Shown piece by piece: positions 36,826 to 40,837 of a DNA stretch of 40,837 nt. Origin of the DNA: an uncultured Gammaproteobacteria bacterium. GTDB taxonomy: Bacteria > Patescibacteriota > Microgenomatia > UBA12405. The stretch covers positions 50,912 to 91,748 of the forward strand of contig CAZKWZ010000001.1 in NCBI GenBank assembly GCA_964556795.1, given 5' to 3'. The notes under the pieces were generated by a model that saw nothing but the letters and a program-made list of their open reading frames with translations, had not been told where the DNA came from and did not search any database. Position numbers and translations under genes: made by a program. Within the stretch, counting starts at the first letter, position 1. Each line of letters opens with the position of its first letter.

Positions 36826-37468
36826 CAGCCTTTTCTTCTTCGGTCTTTTGAGCGGTGGCAGGAACGTCAGCTGGAGCAACTTCCTCGACAACAACCGGTT
36901 CTTCTTCAACTCGAGGTGCTTCGATAATAACTACAACTTGTTCGGGATCGTTTTTAACTTCAATAAGTTGACGATCGATGTTTAGCTCAGAAACAGTGAT
37001 TTTACTATCGACCTCAATAAGAGATGAAATATCCACTTCGATTTTTTCCGGCAAGTCGGAAGGCAAAGCTTCGACCTCAACTTCATTAAGAATGTGCATA
37101 AGGGTATTTCCATTCTTAACTGCAATTGATTCACCAATAAGCTCTACTGGAACCGTAGCGGTGATTTTTTCTTTTAAGTTAACCTTGTAGCAATCGATAT
37201 GGATTAATTCACCAGTAACAGGATGGAATTGAGGATTTTTAAAAATAATCGGATATTTATTGTCGTCAATAATAATTTCAACTAAGGAAGATTCACCGGC
37301 GTGTTCAAAGATTTTTTCGAGTTCTAAAGTTGGAAATTGAACAGAAAGAGCTTCAAATTTGTGACCATAGATAGTAGCCGGAGTTTGACCGATGTTTCGG
37401 AGATGTTTAACGCCACGACCAGTAACAGTTCTAAGAGCAGCAGATATCTTGGGATTTTCTTTTTTCAT
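36785..37468 (-). CDS. rplY: 50S ribosomal protein L25 / general stress protein Ctc form
   Basis: From the ATG at 37468: MKKENPKISAALRTVTGRGVKHLRNIGQTPATIYG, then the Ctc beta domain and an acidic/Ala-Lys tail. The track start 37516 is TTG. Confidence 0.88.
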   Translation of the reverse strand: MKKENPKISAALRTVTGRGVKHLRNIGQTPATIYGHKFEALSVQFPTLELEKIFEHAGESSLVEIIIDDNKYPIIFKNPQFHPVTGELIHIDCYKVNLKEKITATVPVELIGESIAVKNGNTLMHILNEVEVEALPSDLPEKIEVDISSLIEVDSKITVSELNIDRQLIEVKNDPEQVVVIIEAPRVEEEPVVVEEVAPADVPATAQKTEEEKAAKAAEEAKENSDK

Positions 37469-37541
37469 TTTATTTTCATAGTTTGGCGCCTTTGATAATA
37501 AACGACTTCGCCACAACTAAGGACTTGGGTAGTATATCAGA

Positions 37542-37569
37542 TTGACTACGAAGTAAAAAGTGATATATT
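37542..37569 (+). promoter_or_regulatory. strong sigma70-like promoter TTGACT-16 nt-(TGa)TATATT
   Basis: TTGACT at 37542..37547 and TATATT at 37564..37569, preceded by TG at 37561..37562 (extended -10). It points toward tRNA-Trp. Confidence 0.45.
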
Positions 37570-37671
37570 TGACCTAAGATGACATTAATTAAACACTCTT
37601 TCTATTGGCGATACGAAATAGCCCAATCGGGAGAGGTTTTAATGGCATAAAACTATTTTTTTAAATATTAA

Positions 37672-37698
37672 ATCTCCCGGTTTTTCGGGAGATTTTTG
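37672..37698 (+). terminator. intrinsic-terminator-like hairpin 4 nt upstream of tRNA-Trp
   Basis: Perfect 8-bp stem atctcccg (37672..37679) / cgggagat (37686..37693), loop guuuuu, followed by uuuuguuu. Confidence 0.5.
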
Positions 37699-37701
37699 TT
37701 T

Positions 37702-37773
37702 AGGAACGTAGTTTAATTGGTAAAACGCTCGTCTCCAAAACTAGAAATGAGGGTTCGAAGCCCTCCGATCCTG
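37702..37773 (+). tRNA. trnW: tRNA-Trp (anticodon CCA)
   Basis: Hand-folded cloverleaf. Acceptor AGGAACG/CGATCCT (one A-A mismatch), D arm GTTT-AATTGGTA-AAAC, anticodon arm CTCGT-CTCCAAA-ACTAG (one C-U mismatch), 4-nt variable loop, T arm GAGGG-TTCGAAG-CCCTC, discriminator G73. CCA is not encoded. Close to the bacterial tRNA-Trp consensus. Confidence 0.85.
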
Positions 37774-37869
37774 CAGAGTCCCCTTTTTTATAATTTGAAT
37801 GAAAATTTAAAAATTCCCATGGATTTTGATTACAAAATCATACGGAATAATAGAAATTTATATAAATAT

Positions 37870-38556
37870 ATGAAAATTAAAAAAATTGGAATTATTGACG
37901 GTATGGGGGCATTTGCCGGGTCTAGATTTTTTCAAATACTTTTGGAAAAATTTAGCCAAGAAAATATTCCCTTTCCAGAAATTGTTTTGAATGCAATTTC
38001 GATTGAGGATTTTATTGCTGATCAGAGCAAAATAGCCCCGGCCAAAAAAGTTATTTCCAAGCGGATTCGCTTTTTTAATCAACAAAAAACTACGTTGATA
38101 GTTATGGCCTGTAATACGGCTCATATTATGCATCATGATCTAATAAAAATAGCCAAGTGTCCATTTCCATCCATAATTGATTTGGTAGCAAAGGAAGTTA
38201 AAAAAACTAATTTACAAAATGTGGGGGTGTTGGCGTCGCCGACAACACTAAAAACAAAGTTATATGAGAAAAGATTACTCGAACTGGGGATAGACCCAAT
38301 TGTTCCAAGCAAAAGATTCCAAATAAAATTAGAAAATATTATACGAAAGGTGCTAAATGGTTCGTTATCTAAATCTGATATAAAGATGTTGGTAAATGAG
38401 ACAAATATTTTTATAAAAGAAAATCAGGCAGAGGGAATAATTTTGGGTTGTACAGAGCTACCTTTGGCTTTTCCAAAGTCAAATTTTAAAGATGTAAAAA
38501 TCTTTGATAGCTTGGATATTTTAGCCAATTCAGTTGTTAATCATGTTAAATGTTAG
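37870..38556 (+). CDS. aspartate/glutamate-type amino-acid racemase (Asp/Glu/hydantoin racemase family)
   Basis: From the ATG at 37870: MKIKKIGIIDGMGAFAG. Two catalytic Cys motifs MACNTAH and LGCTELP. The longer track ORF starts at a TTG inside the tRNA. Confidence 0.85.
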   Translation: MKIKKIGIIDGMGAFAGSRFFQILLEKFSQENIPFPEIVLNAISIEDFIADQSKIAPAKKVISKRIRFFNQQKTTLIVMACNTAHIMHHDLIKIAKCPFPSIIDLVAKEVKKTNLQNVGVLASPTTLKTKLYEKRLLELGIDPIVPSKRFQIKLENIIRKVLNGSLSKSDIKMLVNETNIFIKENQAEGIILGCTELPLAFPKSNFKDVKIFDSLDILANSVVNHVKC

Positions 38557-38571
38557 AATTTCAATATAAAT

Positions 38572-39573
38572 ATGAATCAAAATAAAAAAAGAATACTGAC
38601 CGGCGACAGACCAACCGGACCATTACATTTGGGACATTATGTCGGCACTCTAAAAAACAGAGTGGCTTTGCAGGATGAATATGACTGCTTTTTTATTATG
38701 GCCGATTTACATACTTTAACAACAGCCATGAATAAGGATAAAACCTCGACTATCAACCAACGGGTTAAAGGCTTAGTTTTAGATTATCTATCGGTGGGAA
38801 TTAACCCAGATAAATGCACCATTTATCAACAATCTAGAGTTCCTGAGGTGGCTTATTTATCATTAATCTTTTCAAATTTAGTGACAGTGCCTAGAGCCCA
38901 AAGAGTACCAACATTAAAAGACGTAATGCATGATTTAAAAATTGAACAACCGTCACTGGGACTATTAAACTATCCGGTTTTACAAGCAGCGGATATTTTA
39001 ATGGTAAAAGCCGATTTAGTCCCAGTAGGGAGAGATCAGGAAAGTCATGTAGAAGTGACACGAGAAGTAGCCCGGGATTTTAATAAAAACTTTGGAGAAA
39101 TTTTTCCAGAACCAAAGGCGTTAATTGGTGATGTTGGAACCCTGGTGGGAACTGACGGACAAGCCAAAATGAGTAAAAGTATCGGAAATTGTATCTATCT
39201 TTCCGATGATGAGGAAACGGTGAATAAAAAAGTGAAAACAATGTATACTGATCCGACAAGAATTAGACCGACAGATCCGGGACATGTAGAGGGAAATCCG
39301 GTGTTTATATATCATGACGCTTTTAATGAAAACAAAGAAGAAGTAGCCGATCTTAAGGATAGATATGTAAAAGGTCAGGTTGGTGACGTGGAGGTTAAAA
39401 CCAAATTGGCGCAGGCAATTAATAAGTTTTTAACACCGATTAGAGATAGAAGAGCCAACTTTGAAGGCAATGATGAATTAATCAAGCAGATTATCGAAGA
39501 AGGTAGCAAAAAAGCTCAGATTGAAGCTCAAAAAACTCTAAATGAGGTATTGGTGGCCATGGGAGTAAGATAA
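38572..39573 (+). CDS. trpS: tryptophanyl-tRNA synthetase
   Basis: TGDRPTGPLHLGHY (HIGH-type), AKMSKS (KMSKS), 333 aa class Ic layout. Confidence 0.93.
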   Translation: MNQNKKRILTGDRPTGPLHLGHYVGTLKNRVALQDEYDCFFIMADLHTLTTAMNKDKTSTINQRVKGLVLDYLSVGINPDKCTIYQQSRVPEVAYLSLIFSNLVTVPRAQRVPTLKDVMHDLKIEQPSLGLLNYPVLQAADILMVKADLVPVGRDQESHVEVTREVARDFNKNFGEIFPEPKALIGDVGTLVGTDGQAKMSKSIGNCIYLSDDEETVNKKVKTMYTDPTRIRPTDPGHVEGNPVFIYHDAFNENKEEVADLKDRYVKGQVGDVEVKTKLAQAINKFLTPIRDRRANFEGNDELIKQIIEEGSKKAQIEAQKTLNEVLVAMGVR

Positions 39574-39575
39574 TA

Positions 39576-40061
39576 ATGACTACCTATTATATTTTTCGTC
39601 ACGGGCAGACAAAGTATTCAAAATATCGTCTCCCCTATCCAAAGGATAATCGTCTGGTAGAAATATTACCCGAAGGGAAGGTGGCAATTGAAAGATTGGG
39701 AAAATATTTAAAAGATATAAAATCTCTGAAAAATTTTTCATCGGAATACTATCGATGCCGGGAGACAGTAAAAATTATTGGAAAAATCTCCGGTTTAAAA
39801 TTTAAAAAGGATAAAAGATTAAACGAAAAATCTGGGGAAAACTTTAGTGATTTTAAAACAAGAGTAAAAGACTTTGTAGAAGAAATTGAAAAAAAGGAAT
39901 ATAAGACCGTAATGATTTGCACCCATGGTGCAGTTATCGCCGCTATAAAAAAGATGCTTTTAAAGAAGAACCTAAGAATAACCGACCTACTTTTTTATCC
40001 CAAAACAGGAGTGTTATTGATAGTAAAGGGAAAGGAAGTTGAAAAAATAGATTTTAATTAG
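39576..40061 (+). CDS. histidine phosphatase superfamily (phosphoglycerate-mutase-like) protein
   Basis: RHG catalytic motif at the N-terminus (YIFRHGQT); second His in ICTHGAVI. Confidence 0.8.
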   Translation: MTTYYIFRHGQTKYSKYRLPYPKDNRLVEILPEGKVAIERLGKYLKDIKSLKNFSSEYYRCRETVKIIGKISGLKFKKDKRLNEKSGENFSDFKTRVKDFVEEIEKKEYKTVMICTHGAVIAAIKKMLLKKNLRITDLLFYPKTGVLLIVKGKEVEKIDFN

Positions 40062-40063
40062 CC

Positions 40064-40369
40064 TTAAAATGGGACTTTTTCGAGATTGACATAGGTGCCA
40101 ATGGCGTTTCCAAGAGCGTAAGCAATTAAAACCGGAATGTTGCCGTGGAGATTATTGGCAATTTGGTAAATAACGTAGATAGCAAGAAAATTCTCAAAAA
40201 ACACTAAGAGGGCCGCAGCGCGTGATCGGCCTTTTGAAATCCAATAGGTTCTTTGAGTGGCCAAAAACATTTCGACGAAGCCGACGGCAAAGTACCCCAA
40301 AATTTGACCTATTAATTGCAGAGACATATTTGGTAAAGTGAATTTTAAGAAAAGAACTGAGAGGCTCAA
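40064..40369 (-). CDS. small membrane protein, DUF5698/UPF0316 N-terminal-domain-like
   Basis: VEMFLATQRTYWISKGRSRAAALLVFFENFLAIYVIYQI resembles the (V/L)D.SLGT.R......G....A....F.E motif. The track start is TTG (40369); an in-frame ATG at 40327 (MSLQLIG...) is an alternative. Confidence 0.55.
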   Translation of the reverse strand: MSLSVLFLKFTLPNMSLQLIGQILGYFAVGFVEMFLATQRTYWISKGRSRAAALLVFFENFLAIYVIYQIANNLHGNIPVLIAYALGNAIGTYVNLEKVPF

Positions 40370-40460
40370 CGCCTCCAGGTTCGGTTTTTTCTTGGGTCAT
40401 ATGGTTCTCTAAATAAGAACAAGTAATTTTACACTAAATATAGGTGATATTCAATATTAG

Positions 40461-40522
40461 TAGGCATGCATGGACTCGAACCATGGACCCCTCCGACGTA
40501 CGTCGGAGTGCTCTAACCAATT
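40461..40522 (-). pseudogene. tRNA 3' fragment (D-loop to discriminator) with non-canonical anticodon arm
   Basis: The minus strand reads AATTGGTTAGAGCA-CTCCGACGTACGTCGGAG-GGGTC-CATGG-TTCGAGT-CCATG-CATGCCT-A. No matching 5' acceptor or D-stem strand lies upstream (the GIY-YIG ORF is there). The anticodon arm is an 18-nt perfect palindrome (5-bp stem with an 8-nt loop, or 7-bp with a 4-nt loop). Confidence 0.6.
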
Positions 40523-40794
40523 AATTTACAAAAATTATCGGCAATAATTCTTTCGATTATTGTGCGTGATTTTAATTTTTTGAGTTTACATTCAATTCTT
40601 CTAGCAGTTGGTAAATCAAAATATTCTTGTTTAAAAACCAATTTCCATGGAATTCCGTTTCTGGTTGATTTTACAAAACCAGAATTGTGTTGTGTTTCCA
40701 AGCGTCTTTCTGGATTATCTGAGCTACCAATGTAATATTTGTCTGTTTTACTGCTTTTTAGAATATAAATAAAACCTTTCAAGTAGGCATGCAT
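40513..40794 (-). CDS. stand-alone GIY-YIG nuclease-domain protein (about 90 aa, YhbQ/UPF0213-like)
   Basis: GFIYILKS...KYYIGSSDNPERRLETQHNSG...ARRIECKLKKL (GIY, YIG, Arg and Glu elements). The ATG (40794) lies inside the acceptor stem of the upstream tRNA. An in-frame TTG at 40782 starts 1 nt after that tRNA. The stop TAG is formed by the D-loop of the downstream tRNA fragment. Confidence 0.8.
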   Translation of the reverse strand: MHAYLKGFIYILKSSKTDKYYIGSSDNPERRLETQHNSGFVKSTRNGIPWKLVFKQEYFDLPTARRIECKLKKLKSRTIIERIIADNFCKLIG

Positions 40795-40837
40795 GGACTC
40801 GAACCATGGACCCTCGACTTATAAGATCGATGCTCTA
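40784..40837 (-). tRNA. tRNA-Ile (anticodon UAU), 3' two-thirds; 5' part lies beyond the right edge
   Basis: The minus strand reads TAGAGCA-TCGAT-CTTATAA-GTCGA-GGGTC-CATGG-TTCGAGT-CCATG-CATGCCT-A. Canonical 7-nt anticodon loop with U33 and A37, anticodon TAT, discriminator A73. Confidence 0.7.

Noticed and set aside
37576-37698. T-box riboswitch upstream of tRNA-Trp/trpS (UGG and UGGC elements present)
   Set aside because: The leader is only about 120 nt. It has no recognisable Stem I with a specifier loop or distal platform, and no conserved T-box sequence (AGGGUGGNACCGCG-like). The UGG and UGGC matches are short enough to be chance. It is kept only as a caveat in the attenuator finding.
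40194-40400. 68-aa ORF (MTQEKTEPGG...) overlapping the DUF5698-like gene in another frame
   Set aside because: It has no motif and an Arg/Lys-rich composition typical of an off-frame shadow. The overlapping frame has a recognisable membrane-protein family motif.
1-40837. Alternative genetic code (UGA recoded as Gly or Trp, as in some candidate phyla)
   Set aside because: TGA terminates several well-defined genes in ATGA overlaps (for example helicase/dut and metG/tatD). Long ORFs are intact under the standard code, and the tRNA-Trp anticodon is CCA, not UCA.

Overview
This is an AT-rich (roughly one third G+C by eye), very gene-dense bacterial chromosome segment. I call about 45 protein genes, one complete tRNA (Trp-CCA), one tRNA truncated by the right edge (Ile-UAU) and one tRNA 3' fragment. 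Non-coding DNA is scarce and many genes share 4-nt ATGA start/stop overlaps. TGA is used as a stop, so this is the standard bacterial code, and the start codons I checked have essentially no Shine-Dalgarno motifs. The gene content includes gatCAB, a FemX-type transferase, MurJ, PilN/PilO, a DUF2298 'YYY' membrane protein, a solo GIY-YIG ORF wedged between tRNA sequences, and many membrane-anchored Pro/Thr-rich proteins. That fits a reduced-genome uncultivated lineage such as Patescibacteria/CPR, but this assignment is inference only. Left part: dut, a 1049-aa UvrD-helicase/PD-(D/E)XK-nuclease fusion, a block of small poorly characterised enzymes, gatC-gatA-[secreted ORF]-gatB, a femX-like gene, an MA-type peptidase and pcrA/uvrD. 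Middle (14.3-30.5 kb) is the most interesting region. It is an envelope-glycosylation island holding a UbiA-type polyprenyl-phosphate phosphoribosyltransferase-like gene, a PAP2 phosphatase, a 2-epimerase-like SDR, GT4, an FkbM methyltransferase and four GT-C-like membrane proteins. On the minus strand the UbiA-like gene and three of the GT-C genes run on without gaps from two Pro/Thr-rich surface proteins with a shared C-terminal sorting-like signal, and from pilO, pilN and murJ. Right part: translation housekeeping genes (rpsT, metG, tatD, tsaD, a TsaC-TsaE fusion, rplY, tRNA-Trp, trpS). It also has a promoter/uORF/terminator leader in front of tRNA-Trp. At the edge, a GIY-YIG ORF is exactly bracketed by a 32-nt direct repeat of a tRNA 3' end. 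I saw no rRNA, CRISPR array, transposase or integrase. All functional calls rest on motifs I recognised by eye; no database search was run.
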